Shown here in pieces: positions 12,299 to 24,354 of a stretch of DNA of 64,000 nucleotides. This DNA is from Botryllus schlosseri. Its lineage: Eukaryota. Under the pieces are notes generated by a model. That model saw only the letters and a list, made by a program, of their open reading frames with translations. It searched no databases and was not told the DNA's origin. The DNA lies in NCBI GenBank assembly GCA_051294905.1, contig CM119386.1, positions 2,666,001 to 2,730,000 of the forward strand, given 5' to 3'. The position numbers were made by a program, and so were the translations under genes. How positions within the stretch are numbered: the stretch's first letter is position 1; each line of letters opens with the position of its first letter.

Positions 12299-14353
12299 CT
12301 AGAAACTAGTAAACTACTGGGTACTTTTAAAGGGGCTTCACCTTCTTTCGTAATCTTCCAGGATTTGAAATTATACTGAGGGCGAGGCTGATTTATGGAA
12401 ATATTGTTTCTAAAACGTAAGTCGCTACAGGCTCAATTCAGCCTCACATATGCTTGTACACAGACACTAAATATTATGCTCTCGAGACTCGACTAGGGCA
12501 AAATGCAATCGTATTTCCAGCACAGGTACCGTATGGTTTCTAACCACTTCCTCTATCTAATCGAATCACCACATCAGTACTTCTCAATTTTTATGGCACC
12601 GAACGTTACAGCAGGACATTGCTCAATCGAAACGAAATTCAAAGCGGGTAGTACAGTCGAAATCAGAGGCTGTACTTGCTGAACAAATAATCATGAACCG
12701 TAAATGACCTTAAAAACGTCCCACTCACATTGTTTCTTGTTTCCAGCGGGAAAAGCAGTCTTTTTGGAAGCATAGACGTAGCTTGAAGATATTTAATCGC
12801 CTTCCTGATTTGCATTCCACCCTTTCCCTTCGATAGATTTTTAGTCAACTTCGATTCTTTTCAATCATTCCAACTGTCACAAACTCTTGCACTAAATTTT
12901 TGAATATATTTCGTTCCAGATGGCCAAGGTCAGTTTTCCCATGTGATTATTGATTTTTTTTCGTGATGATTCGATTCAACGTGACACTTGATCATCAACA
13001 GGGAGCTAATAAATTGAAATTATTTATTACCAATACCAACGGTGTGACGTGAATGTGTCTTAGTGAGTGCCTATGTCATGCAGCTCGTATCAGCCCACAC
13101 CTTGCACTTTGTTCAATGTTTTCCTGCATTTTGTGTGAATATTTCTATATTTCCTCGTCCAATCTCACTCCTCTGGCAATGCATTTGTTCACAATTTATA
13201 TATCTAATATTATGTATAATTTATCTACTGAGCACTTCTACTTGCGGCAGGCCAAGGTCAATTTGTCAATCAAACCAAGATCCGTAAAATTCACTGAATC
13301 ATAGTGACGCCTTCTTTAACGCAGAGCGAACGTTTGTACCTTCCTACCTCCCATTGTTGAGATCAAGTCACTACTTTCGAGTCACAAGTCTTCTCAAGTC
13401 CTCGCAAATTTTTACTGAAGGCAGGAATTTAGAAATCTTTCAAGTCATGAAGTGACTCAACATCATCTCATATTTTCCGATCTCCGCCCATCAAATAGAT
13501 TGACCTTTTATGTTGACTTTAATGTGCAGATGCAAATACATTATTGCATATTTGCTAAACTATTTCAAAGTAAAACTTGGTGACATTTTTAAACATAAAA
13601 CGATGTAAGTCGAGTTGGATATATAGGTATGTGTAAATTGATGGAAATACTGACCGTGGGGTATGCTTTATTGAAAATTGAATGGGAGTGTAAATGATTC
13701 AATGTAATCCAACTTTATTGACGTAAATTCTCCATGAAGGCTGAAAAGACAGTGCCAACCTCATCCTGTGGAGAATAATTAATGTTCAAGTTTGTAGGAT
13801 AATTTTGTTACCAAATTTCCTAGAAATTGTTAAGAAATTACCAATTATGGATATATTTACGTATGGTTATAATGATGTAATCTTTTGTTACCGTCATCCT
13901 GAAGAGAGTTTAGGGAATATTCAAGGTGACTTGATAGCGACTTGGTCTCATCGAAATGATCTTTTTTCATATCAATTTATATACTGATATATTAGTCTCA
14001 CAACTACCAATGATTCATGGTTATTCTTGAGTTGAGCGGCCATGATTTCTATGTTTACTTTCACCAACTACCTTACTTTCATGCAAACAGTAAACACTGC
14101 TACACTCGACTCGTGGTTCTAATATTTGGGTACTGCGTCTGCTGGTAGTTCAACTTAGCAAGATCAATGAATCATTCTATCGGTATATTATTCTCAAACA
14201 AATATCTTAATCACTATCTACCTTCACTACTGGGTAGACTCCCTAGTAGAATTGTTATTTTACCTAGAACTCACCATATGTAAGCTACTTCTTCACTGTC
14301 TGAATTAGTTTTGGCCTAGATAAGGATCGCACAACTTTTTGTCAGTGCAAAAA

Positions 14354-14410
14354 GCTCTAACTGACTTGTTTGTTGTTATTAGTATTAAAATGTATGATGA
14401 TAGGTCTTAA
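14354..14410 (+). promoter_or_regulatory. 3' splice acceptor with branch-point-like CTAAC followed by a short uORF (MYDDRS*) upstream of RNF31
   Basis: CTAACTGACTTGTTTGTTGTTATTAG ends at 14382; ATG TAT GAT GAT AGG TCT TAA at 14390-14410; main ATG at 14434. Confidence 0.45.
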
Positions 14411-14433
14411 TATAAGGCCTTTGTGACTTGATA

Positions 14434-17400
14434 ATGAGTGCGTTATTGCAGTATAAGGATGTACGAAAATCCCTCGAAGCCAAAGTTCGCCAGGGACAAG
14501 CAAGAAAAGATGTCACTCGCGACCTAGTCGACCAGATGCTATTATATGATACTCCTATAGCCGGACGCTACAACTTTCTCGACGTCATACGAATTCTACG
14601 AGACAACTGCCTTCCCTTTAATCCTGGACTCGAAGCATTGATCCGCGGGCTGAGCATCCTTGAAAAATACGGCAAAAATTTGCTCAGACCGGAGAAACCG
14701 CCGCAGTGGAGAGTGGTACGGCTCTCGAACGCGATATTCAAGCAAGAAGTAGACAACGTGAAAGGAGCAAGAAAGATTTTAGGTCAACTCGGGTATACGA
14801 CAGCGGTAGAGGATGGATTGGCGTATTCGGACACGCAGTTGATTCCTGATGTTCCAGTGGTTACTGGTGTCACCACGGACATTTTGCTGTTAAGAATGGA
14901 GTTGATTCTGCTTGCCCACGGCGAACACAGACAAGAGGCGTCCTTTTACTCATATATTCCGGCTATCGAAATTAAGACTGTGCAAGAAAAAATGGGAGTC
15001 GCAGCTCCAGAGACACCAATCTTTCAAACCCCTCTCCCCGCAGAGACACCCATGTTTCATACCCCGCTCCCACCACCTCCCACTTATCACCAAGTAGTTG
15101 AAGGTGCTGGAACACGCGGTAGCGCATTTGAAATTTATCCGCACCCGCATGCGTCCACAGAAAGCAGCGATATTCATGCTGCAGGCGTCCCAGAACCGGC
15201 GCATCAAGATATTCCACAAGACGAGTTATGCGATCTGTGCGGGCAGGTGCCTCCCGTTGTTAAATGCGAAATTTGCAGGAGCGTATATTGCGAAGATTGC
15301 AACAATCTCTGGCATGGTAATCCTAAAAGACGAAACCACAGGGATAAATTAATTTCTTACAAACCCAAAATCAAAATAAGTAGCATGGAAGCCGTCGAAA
15401 CTAGGCCGATTCAACCGTTGGTGCCGCAACCACCCTCGATAACTACCGCAGCACCTAACGATGACGATTTCGTGGCTTGGATGAATGAAAAGGCAGTAGA
15501 AATCATAAATATATCCGATGAAAATCGGAAGCGTCAAAGGCTCGAGGATTGTCTGGCTGAACTCGACGAAAAAGCTTCAAGATATCAGACGGTCATCGAC
15601 ACTCTAATGAGCCAGCCTAGCTCGAACAAGAAGGAAAATCTGTTTCATCATGTCACCGACAAGTTGCAAGAAATAATCGACGCCAAAGAGCAATTTCGAA
15701 TACTGTGCGGGGTCATGGACGTACCGGAACGCCGGCCGCGTCAGTCTGCGTCATATCAGAAAACTCGACCACAGCAACCCCGGCAAACTCACTACAGCAA
15801 TCCATCGTTAGACAATCGCGGTTCAGCATGTAGTAATGTAGTGCTACCGGTGGACGAAGGGTCGTTAATCGATTTAGACCCTCCTCCCGCTGAACCGTTC
15901 GAACCGCTCAGTCATACGAGTCCAGGGGATAACCAAATTCTTTTAGCGGAACAGACTACATCGTTGAAGAGAAATATCGATGACGAGCAGTCCGGGTCCT
16001 ACCAGCCGGCTAAGGTGCAACGTAACGGCGAAACAGCGCCTCAGAGTGCACGCATTTCCGATGAATTCGGAAACATGACGATTTTCGAAGGCGCTGGCAA
16101 TTTCGACGACGAACTGTCCGCCAGTCTCAAAAACCGTAGCGAAGCGCGCTCTCGCGAGTTTATATCGAATCTGCCGAAAGACGAACTGCAGAGGAAGATA
16201 AGGCAGGAGGGAGTTCGGTATCAGACGACGCAGTTTCTGGATCACGTTCGTGCGGGCGACGTGTCCAGTTTTCGTCCGGAACAAGTGGAAGTGGCTCTCC
16301 GCGAGCTCGATAAGACTAACAGCTCGAATCTGGCGACTCCCAACTCGTGGTTGGAGCGAAACTGGACAGACCAAGTGAGAGACTTTATACGGCTCGCTAA
16401 AGAGAAAGGTTTCAGAATCAATCCGGAAGACGCGGAGGATATCCTTATAGAGGCTGATAACGTGTTCGAGAAGGCGCTTGAACTTGTTGTGACGGCGCAA
16501 AACGAACAAATCGCAGACGTAGCCGGAGAATTTGGGTTTGAAACCGCGAAGAAGGCATTGACGAAACACAAAGGTGACAAGTACCTCGCGGTGGCGTCGA
16601 TGCAGAAAGATAAATTGGTGGAGTTTTTGAGCGAATTCCGTGAGTCGAATAATGCTTCGGAACATGAAAGTTCTGATGTAGCCACTGCGTTAGAGATTGA
16701 AGACGATGTCAGAAGACGTAACGCGATTACTGCACTACTGCAAATTCCGGACGGTGTGTACTCCGACTCTCTCAATCATTTAATTCGTGTCATGCCAGAG
16801 AGATTGCGAGACACACTGCTTGAAGATGCAGTAGAGGCGATTGTCGATAACGAAATGGTTCACGATGTAGACGCAGCCATACGGCATTTAGACAACGAAT
16901 GCGCGATATGCATGGACCGATACCCGCGCAGCAAACTCAGTTGTTTACCGACGTGCGGAGAAAACGGATGCGCTTACTGCTTGTCTTGCTTGCAACAGCA
17001 TTTGGCGCTTTGTGTCAGCGAGAGAAATGTCCGTGACATCGTTTGTCCTATGTGTTCGAACCCGGATATCGGCGGAGTCGATGAAGACACCAAGACGCAT
17101 TTCTTTAATCACATCGACGCGATACTAAGGAACATGCCAGACGGAAGGAGAGTGCACGGAATCTACCAGGATAAGATGAGAGACTATACTCTAATGCGTA
17201 TGCCGAATTTTCGCTGGTGTTCGCACTGCAGCGGTGGCTTTCAATTTGATGGGGCCGACGGTAACGTGAAGATGCTGTGCCCGTTTTGCCGCAAGCACAC
17301 CTGCTACAAATGTAAAAAGCAATGGGAGCCTCAGCATGACGGGATATCCTGCGAGCAGTTTCAAAAATGGAAAGAAGCTAATGATCCAGAATATCAGGCT

Positions 17401-18006
17401 GCGGGCCTCGCGAGGCATTTGAGAGAAAACGGCATCGATTGCCCGGATTGTAATTACAGATACGCGCTAGCGAAAGGCGGCTGCATGCATTTCAAGTGCA
17501 CGCAGTGCTCGCATGAGTTTTGCAGCGGGTGCAGGCAAGCTTTCAAACACGGGAGACAGTGCGGTAAACTACCTTCGTGTTCGAGTAAAGGGTTGCACGC
17601 GCATCACCCACGCGACTGCTTGTTTTATCTCCGCGATTGGGAACCTAGCAAGCTCGTGAAATTGCTCAAAGACAACGGGATTCCGATAGACACGAGAGGA
17701 TCGCAGAAAAAAGCTTGTGATGTGATGGAGCAGAAGGAAACGCCGGACGGTTTGAAAGACGCGCCTTGCGGCAGGCCAGTAGAGGCAGGCCTGGCCGGGC
17801 TGTGTAAGCTGCATTTTATCGAGTATCTCGTCAATTTGATCAACACGAACGGATTAGATCCTGCGGATATTATGACTGTTGATCAGCTGAAAGCGTGTCT
17901 GTTTCGGGAAGGGGTCGGTGATTCAATGGCCCAGCGGGGCAGAGAAAGCAGTCAAGATTTTAGGAAGAGAATGCTGGCCGAAGTGAAAAGGTTTCCTTTG
18001 CAGTAG
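14434..18006 (+). CDS. RNF31: E3 ubiquitin ligase HOIP/RNF31-like (LUBAC catalytic subunit), single coding exon, 1190 aa
   Basis: Uninterrupted ORF; first ATG is 14434 (the ORF track starts at TTG 14428). PUB domain (LSILEKYGKNLLRPEKPPQWRVVRLSNAIF), B-box (CDLC...CEIC...CEDC..LWHGNPKRRNH), HOIP-UBA-like region, RING1 (ECAICMD), IBR (FRWCSHC...LCPFC..HTCYKCKKQWEPQH), RING2 with catalytic GGCMHF, LDD (GLHAHHPRDCLFYLRDW). AATAAA near 18414 and 18443. Confidence 0.96.
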   Translation: MSALLQYKDVRKSLEAKVRQGQARKDVTRDLVDQMLLYDTPIAGRYNFLDVIRILRDNCLPFNPGLEALIRGLSILEKYGKNLLRPEKPPQWRVVRLSNAIFKQEVDNVKGARKILGQLGYTTAVEDGLAYSDTQLIPDVPVVTGVTTDILLLRMELILLAHGEHRQEASFYSYIPAIEIKTVQEKMGVAAPETPIFQTPLPAETPMFHTPLPPPPTYHQVVEGAGTRGSAFEIYPHPHASTESSDIHAAGVPEPAHQDIPQDELCDLCGQVPPVVKCEICRSVYCEDCNNLWHGNPKRRNHRDKLISYKPKIKISSMEAVETRPIQPLVPQPPSITTAAPNDDDFVAWMNEKAVEIINISDENRKRQRLEDCLAELDEKASRYQTVIDTLMSQPSSNKKENLFHHVTDKLQEIIDAKEQFRILCGVMDVPERRPRQSASYQKTRPQQPRQTHYSNPSLDNRGSACSNVVLPVDEGSLIDLDPPPAEPFEPLSHTSPGDNQILLAEQTTSLKRNIDDEQSGSYQPAKVQRNGETAPQSARISDEFGNMTIFEGAGNFDDELSASLKNRSEARSREFISNLPKDELQRKIRQEGVRYQTTQFLDHVRAGDVSSFRPEQVEVALRELDKTNSSNLATPNSWLERNWTDQVRDFIRLAKEKGFRINPEDAEDILIEADNVFEKALELVVTAQNEQIADVAGEFGFETAKKALTKHKGDKYLAVASMQKDKLVEFLSEFRESNNASEHESSDVATALEIEDDVRRRNAITALLQIPDGVYSDSLNHLIRVMPERLRDTLLEDAVEAIVDNEMVHDVDAAIRHLDNECAICMDRYPRSKLSCLPTCGENGCAYCLSCLQQHLALCVSERNVRDIVCPMCSNPDIGGVDEDTKTHFFNHIDAILRNMPDGRRVHGIYQDKMRDYTLMRMPNFRWCSHCSGGFQFDGADGNVKMLCPFCRKHTCYKCKKQWEPQHDGISCEQFQKWKEANDPEYQAAGLARHLRENGIDCPDCNYRYALAKGGCMHFKCTQCSHEFCSGCRQAFKHGRQCGKLPSCSSKGLHAHHPRDCLFYLRDWEPSKLVKLLKDNGIPIDTRGSQKKACDVMEQKETPDGLKDAPCGRPVEAGLAGLCKLHFIEYLVNLINTNGLDPADIMTVDQLKACLFREGVGDSMAQRGRESSQDFRKRMLAEVKRFPLQ

Positions 18007-19376
18007 CGACAGCGTGAGGAAAAGTGACCATTTCAAATTTGTAACGGGAACTTGTTTTGGAGCAGTTCTCATCAGACTGGCTTCGTCTTCGAGGTTTGGG
18101 AAAATAGGAGATGGGTGCGGCCAGGTCTGTGGTATGCGAAACGCGCGAGGGCGAACGCTGACACGTTGCGAACTCCTAATCCGAGTCTATGTTTGATATA
18201 TGTCTTGATGTGTGCCAGTGGGTGTTAAGGAGACTGCGGTAGAGCCTTTTCCGTCCATGGAAATGGAATCTTTGTAATTGCTGACCCGGACTGTGGAGTC
18301 GCAGAAATTTTGTAACACTCTTTGGAGATGGTGGATCACATATACTGGATGGATTGAGAGTTTGTTAAAATGCTCCGACTACGAATATCGAACCAAATGT
18401 TCTCAAATGTTAATAAAAAGTTCCGAGGCCATCACAAACCTAATTTCTTTCTGCCAGGTTGATTCAATTGGTAAGATAAATAGCTAAAAATGTAACAGAG
18501 GAATAAATTTTCTGAGCAGATTTACAGTCGGTGTGTTTAAAGCAGGAGTCTGTATATTGAAAATATCAGCGGTGTAGTGAATCAACTCCACACACCTGCT
18601 GCTAACGTACTCCTACTACTTTTCATGCATGTATAATGTATATGTATGTTGGATATCAAAAAAATTGATTTGCTGCTATTCGTTTTTGCGAGATTTGCTT
18701 TTACAATCGGGTTATACTGTGTAGCAACCAATGTCGAAACATGCAAGTGAAAATACTGACGCGAGGCTTGCAAACATTATTGATAGTGTATTTTATCGTT
18801 GTTATTCTTACCGTGTCGAGAAATAATCTTATTAAAATCTCACAAATGAACGCAGTAGTTATTATTGAACTTCAGAGTTCCGACATACTGTGAATGAGTG
18901 TATGGGCGTCTTTCAAAAGTTTGCAATGCTCCAAGAGCGCATTTTCCCTGCGTCACTTTGACTTATCACCTTCAGTGACTCCTTTCGGAACAGGATTGTA
19001 ACTAGGCCATGAGTCAAATTGGTATGAAGAATCGACTCCGAGTCATAGTGTTCACTGTTCAGTCATGTACAGAATTGTTTAGTACCTAAGTGCTTTTACT
19101 TTGCGAAGTACTCAACTATTTCCTCATATAATTGTGTTTTTAGACTAGTACTACTTGACGGCGTTCAATTTTCACCCAAAACTAGGCCTATGATACTTAA
19201 CCTGCTTCTAAATCTCTACTGGGTAGAAATTTACGGCGCTACTTCTACGTGAGTAGCCTGCAGACGGTCACTACTTCGGCCACCTCTGGTCATGCAACGT
19301 TCAGCGGCCAGTGCTCAGCTGTAGTATAGCCGGATAAAGGTAAAGAATGTATGAATATCTAGATGTGAAGAGCTAC

Positions 19377-19540
19377 TAGTTTCTCCTGCCGTTTACCCGC
19401 GCTCGGTTGAACTTTTCCACTTCGACGTTCAGAGTTATCTTTTCTCGGCGAAGAGCGAACAATCTGCCCATCATAGTGCTCTCAATGTCGTCAAAGTAAA
19501 GAAAAATCAACCAAGCACGGGTAAACGGCAGGTGTAACTA
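19377..19540. mobile_element. Small MITE with about 34-bp TIRs flanked by TA
   Basis: TAGTTTCTCCTGCCGTTTACCCGCGCTCGGTTGA...TCAACCAAGCACGGGTAAACGGCAGGTGTAACTA. Confidence 0.55.
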
Positions 19541-22500
19541 AAGAGAGAGTTGAAGTTTATTCATAAAATTCCATCACTTCAAAACATCACAAGACTGAAT
19601 GATAGGAAGATGCCGAAACGACTAGGAGTAGTCTGAAGACCAGACACCCACCTGGGCCTAGGCGATGTAAAGAGGAGGCATGCACACTGAATGAAAGTAA
19701 AAGAAAATAATATAAAGTGGCAAGCGATAAAATCAGGTGGCAAGTGACGGAAGGCGAGATCGATATGTCAGGTAGTGGTCCGGCTGACTCGTATCCATTC
19801 AGCAGAAATTTTTTGAATTTTTACTTGAATGTGGACAGGGCTGTTCAAAAATAACCTTTTTTCCTGAATCCTGCAGGTTACTTGATTAAATCGTTAGGTT
19901 GCCTTAAAAAACGACGCACACTAAATTTGAATTCATTCCAACCAATATTCGCGGATTTCGTAGAGTTTGAAAATTTTGAATTTGCCTAAAAATGCAAAAA
20001 AAAAAATTTTTTCAAATTTTTCTGCCAACCCCATGAAATTGTTGCGCTGTCTTCGAAAACGATGCAAAACAAATTTGACTCAATTCGAAGCCGTAGAAGT
20101 GGAGTTATTTCAGTTTTTCTTTGATAAATCCGGGATTATCCTTAATTGGTGTATCATCCCAGAATTATCATCAAAAAACTTGAATAACTCCGCTTCTGCA
20201 GCTTGGAATTGAGTCAAATATTTTGGATCTGGATTTCGACATTTGAGACGGAAACAGAAAATGGCACCAATCATAATTGATTTTGTGGTTGGTTATTTTT
20301 CAGTAAATCAGTGAGTGACCGGTGACTAGCTGTTGCAGCCAATCATACGATTCACGTACGTAATTACGCTGTTCAGTGTTCAGTGCTCATCAACGTCATT
20401 AGGCTCATTTACATGGTGAATTTATATTTACATTTGCATGATATGGCATGTCAAAGTGTTGCATATGAGATCGGGTTTACATGAGCACTGAGCAGAGAGC
20501 AGCAGTCTGGCATTTCTCCATGTTCTACATCTTGGGGAATTGATTGATAGGGACGTGCAATCAGGGGAGACATAACATGTGAGGTAGTGCATATTAGCCT
20601 ACTAGCAAATACGATGCATAATTAGGCTTACAAAATTTATCATTGAAATTCATCGAGTCAAAGTTCTATTTAGCGCATGTTACTGTTGATATTCTCTTTA
20701 CCGGGCAGAAAACTAATCGTATTGAATCATGATCGACATCCCTGATTCTCACGAACGAACGCATTTTAATTGTAGTCGTGAGTGAACGAGCTTAAGGGTG
20801 ATATAGTCAGGTTTTGAATGAAGTCGTCATATTTTTAAACGGCACAATGACGATCTGATATTATTACGTTCAAGAAACTCGCGGTACTATTGTACACGTA
20901 CAGTTATATTCATCCATACGGAAAAGAAGATTTGAAATAAGCATAGTGACGACAGAGGTTCGTGTTCACACAAAGCAGCACAACCTTCCAGGTGTTCGCA
21001 CCATACTTGAGAAAACAGTATTTTTTACTTGCATAAGTGCCCTACAAAAAGTCAGTGAAACTTGCAACGTTTATCCCATAGTTCACTTGAGACGACTTAT
21101 CGCGTTGCTGATCACACTAGAACAGTAGTTCTCGACCTTTTCACCTCGCGGCACCCTTTGAATACGAAAAAAAAAGTTCGCGGGACACTAGCACAGTGGT
21201 TCTCAACTTTTTTGCCATACGGCATCTGTACACTATCAGAATACTTAGCCCCTGAAACTACCAAACACATTTCGTGGTGTGGCGCTCTTGGGGATAGTAA
21301 TACTGCACTAGTTTTACTGACAGGAGCAGTCACCCGCAGCTCAATTATATAGTTCCAACAAACCGGATTAAATAATCTCAGCATCGGGGAAATTTGTTCA
21401 ACCGATATGATTCGATCAACTTTAGGCTACTCAAACTCGTCGCCTGTAACATAACGTTGCGCTCTGAGACTACATTTCAACGACAGTGCCGGTACGCTAC
21501 ATGAAAAACGCAATGTGGATGGCTAATGGCTATGTTTGTAATTCGAATTTGTTAACCTATACATCACTTCCAAAGGAGCTCATCTCTCGCTGATGATTAG
21601 GAAGACAATGAGTCGAAACTCCACATCAAGCCCGATTTAGATTATTGATTGTTTGCTGTAGACTAGCACAGTGGTTCTCAAACTAGGGCGCGTGAAAGCA
21701 TCTGAAGGAGGCGCAAAGCTGCGGTCATGTTAAAATTTTGTCGCGCCATGCGCGAAAAACTTACAATTCATGGTTATTACGCTGTGTATAGTCCGAATTT
21801 CCTATTTGAGAAGTCTCTCATCAACAGTCATAACATCCATCCATCAAACTATCCGTTGGTGTGGCTAGCACTCTGGTTGTATTTTGTGATATGACGATAA
21901 GGGGGCGAAAAAATTTTCACTATCATAAAAGGGGTGTGTCTAATGAAGTTTAAGAACCACTGACTAGCATGATTTTGCGAATTATATCAAAATTTCGGAG
22001 AAATCTCTAGCGCACCCTTGCGAGAAGAAAATGGAACACTGGCTGAGCACCACTGCACTAGCACCTATAGTCTCACAAGATCCATGTACGCATAGACAAT
22101 ACACCCACGACTTCATAACAACACTGTATTTATAAAATCATGATTGGTGCCAACATTTCCCAAGGTACTATAATACTGAAAGTGCAGACTGATAGTTTCA
22201 GAATTAGCTGCGATAAAAACACACCACAGAGGAAAACGCGAGAAAAATCACATCGGGTAAATAAATCTTTTGTGTAACGCATAGCCGTCAGTGCTCTGCG
22301 ATGAGATTTTGAATACAATGTACCATAAATATCAAGCGACCAGTAGCGAAATCAGATAAAAATAACGGGTAAAGAATGTCACTAAGTGTAAGAAGCAACT
22401 TGTGAACTTCAGCTTGTCGTAATCCAACTGGAAATGCTCGTATTGTAACGCCATTAGCGTGTCACAAAGGAGCTGGAATACACCGCGCAGTCTTCTCAGC

Positions 22501-23454
22501 CCTGCTTTGGCAGTACGAGCCGTCGTTGGGATCAGATTCTTCGAATTTACATTCAAATCCTACTCTCCACGACAGGTGGTAGCTTCGCCGGTTTCGTTGT
22601 CTTGTACGCAATTAGCTTTGGATACAAAAATAATAACGAAAGCAGTGTATCACACATCAAGGTAGACGGAATAAAGAGAGGAGGCGTCAGCGATGTTTCC
22701 AATCATATGACGACAACCAAAATGTCATTAAAATGCACAGAAACAGTTAGGTCAAGTCTTGCACTGGCTAGAATAGGATAGGTCCATTGGGGTTGTTCAA
22801 AAATAACATTTTCCATCAAATTTTACATTGTTAGGTTGGCTAACAAAACAATGCACGCAAAATTTGACACAATTCTAACCTGTAGAAAATTTAATATGTA
22901 AAAACTTGAAAAAAATGTTTGATGTAGTATTCACAATGGGTAGTTCTATAATAAATGATTGAAGATCTTGCCACCGTAAATACTGATTTTTTCAAATCTA
23001 AAATTTCGTGCTCCAATAATTCTGCTTCTACTGGTAGTAATTAAGGCACATTTGGTGCAAATCGTGGTTTCAAGCAACTAACAATTTCATTATTTTATAT
23101 TAAATTTAATATTTTTTAACTCCTGTGGCTTTGCTTTTTTAGCAAAACTAACAATTTTATGGAGGCAGGCAGTAGAATTTGAACAAACTGATATATCTGA
23201 ACAACCCTATTGTCCAAAGCTCTGAACAGACTTTATTTACTATCGAGACGGCCAAGTGGCTGGATATGCCATTCAACTCTTCAACTCTACCTGTCTGTTT
23301 GAGCCAATTCTTCACTATTATATTGGCATTGCTGACTACTTTGTCTAACTCTGATTGCATAAGAAGTACACTAAATTATTTCTACTTGCTCTTGGTTACA
23401 TTCTAATCAATTACCTAGTGACTTGATGATAAGTTAATCATTTCACTATCGAAG

Positions 23455-23980
23455 GTATACATGGAATGGCAACAAACGATTTTTTTGGCTTCGTTCTGCT
23501 TCGCTGAGGCTGGAATATGGATTATTTCGCGGCGGCGACTGCAGGATCTTTGGCAATCCAGAATCTATCGTATAGGACGTGGAAGTTACTGAAACTGGTC
23601 TTGATCGAAAGCTACCGTCACACTGATTCCAAAAATATGAATTAAAATATAATCAGGAAACTGAAACCACCCGAATCCGCCCTCAAAGACCGAAGTATCG
23701 GCGTTGTCATTGTTTTACTACCATCCCATTCCTCTGAACAATGCAGATTTCAGATGTTGAGGGTGATTTTTGGTCAGGTTTCCAAGCTCCGTCCAGATTT
23801 TCATTTATATTCTCGGAATCAGTGCAACGGTAGCTTTCGATCAAGTCCAGTTTTACTAAATTCTGCGCTATGTACGATAGCTTTTGGATTGCCAGAAATC
23901 CAATTGTTGTTGCGGAAAAACAATCCAGAATCCAGCGTCAGCGAAGCAGAAAAACCGGTCGTTGCCATTCTCTGTTTACA
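23455..23980. mobile_element. Second, more diverged copy of the 4809-5415 palindromic MITE family
   Basis: Starts CATGGAATGGCAAC and ends GTTGCCATTCTCTG; internal inverted arms share motifs (GATCGAAAGCTAC, GGATTGCCAGAAATCC) with the 4.8-kb copy. Confidence 0.7.
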
Positions 23981-24354
23981 TTCAATAATTTCACCAACAA
24001 CGAGATTTAGAGTACACATCAACTCGGTTTTGACGGCACTATAGCTTATCAAGGCTTCAGCAAAATTACTGCTAGTTTTGTTTCGACTTATGGAGACATA
24101 AGGGACAAACTTATTTTCCAGGCTTCTTGCCAGCCCGTTGGATTCTACTGCTATCCAAACCGGTCCTGCGTAAATGTGTAAGTGCTTCCCTCCACGTAAC
24201 AAAAATGAGTCACCATCACTAGGCTGTGTTATGGACAAACAATGCAAGGCTGCCTGCTACTAAATGCACGTCCTCAAAGTATTCGATGGATATGTGAAAC
24301 TGCATCACGGTGGATTTTTTTCATTGTTACTTCCGCTTGTAACCGAGTAGAAAT

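Noticed and set aside
14428-14433. TTG start used by the ORF track
   Set aside because: Eukaryotic locus; ATG 14434 gives an N-terminus matching HOIP.
15943-17846. Long antisense ORFs (240 aa, 177 aa and others) over RNF31
   Set aside because: Shadow frames of a long coding exon; no recognisable domain.
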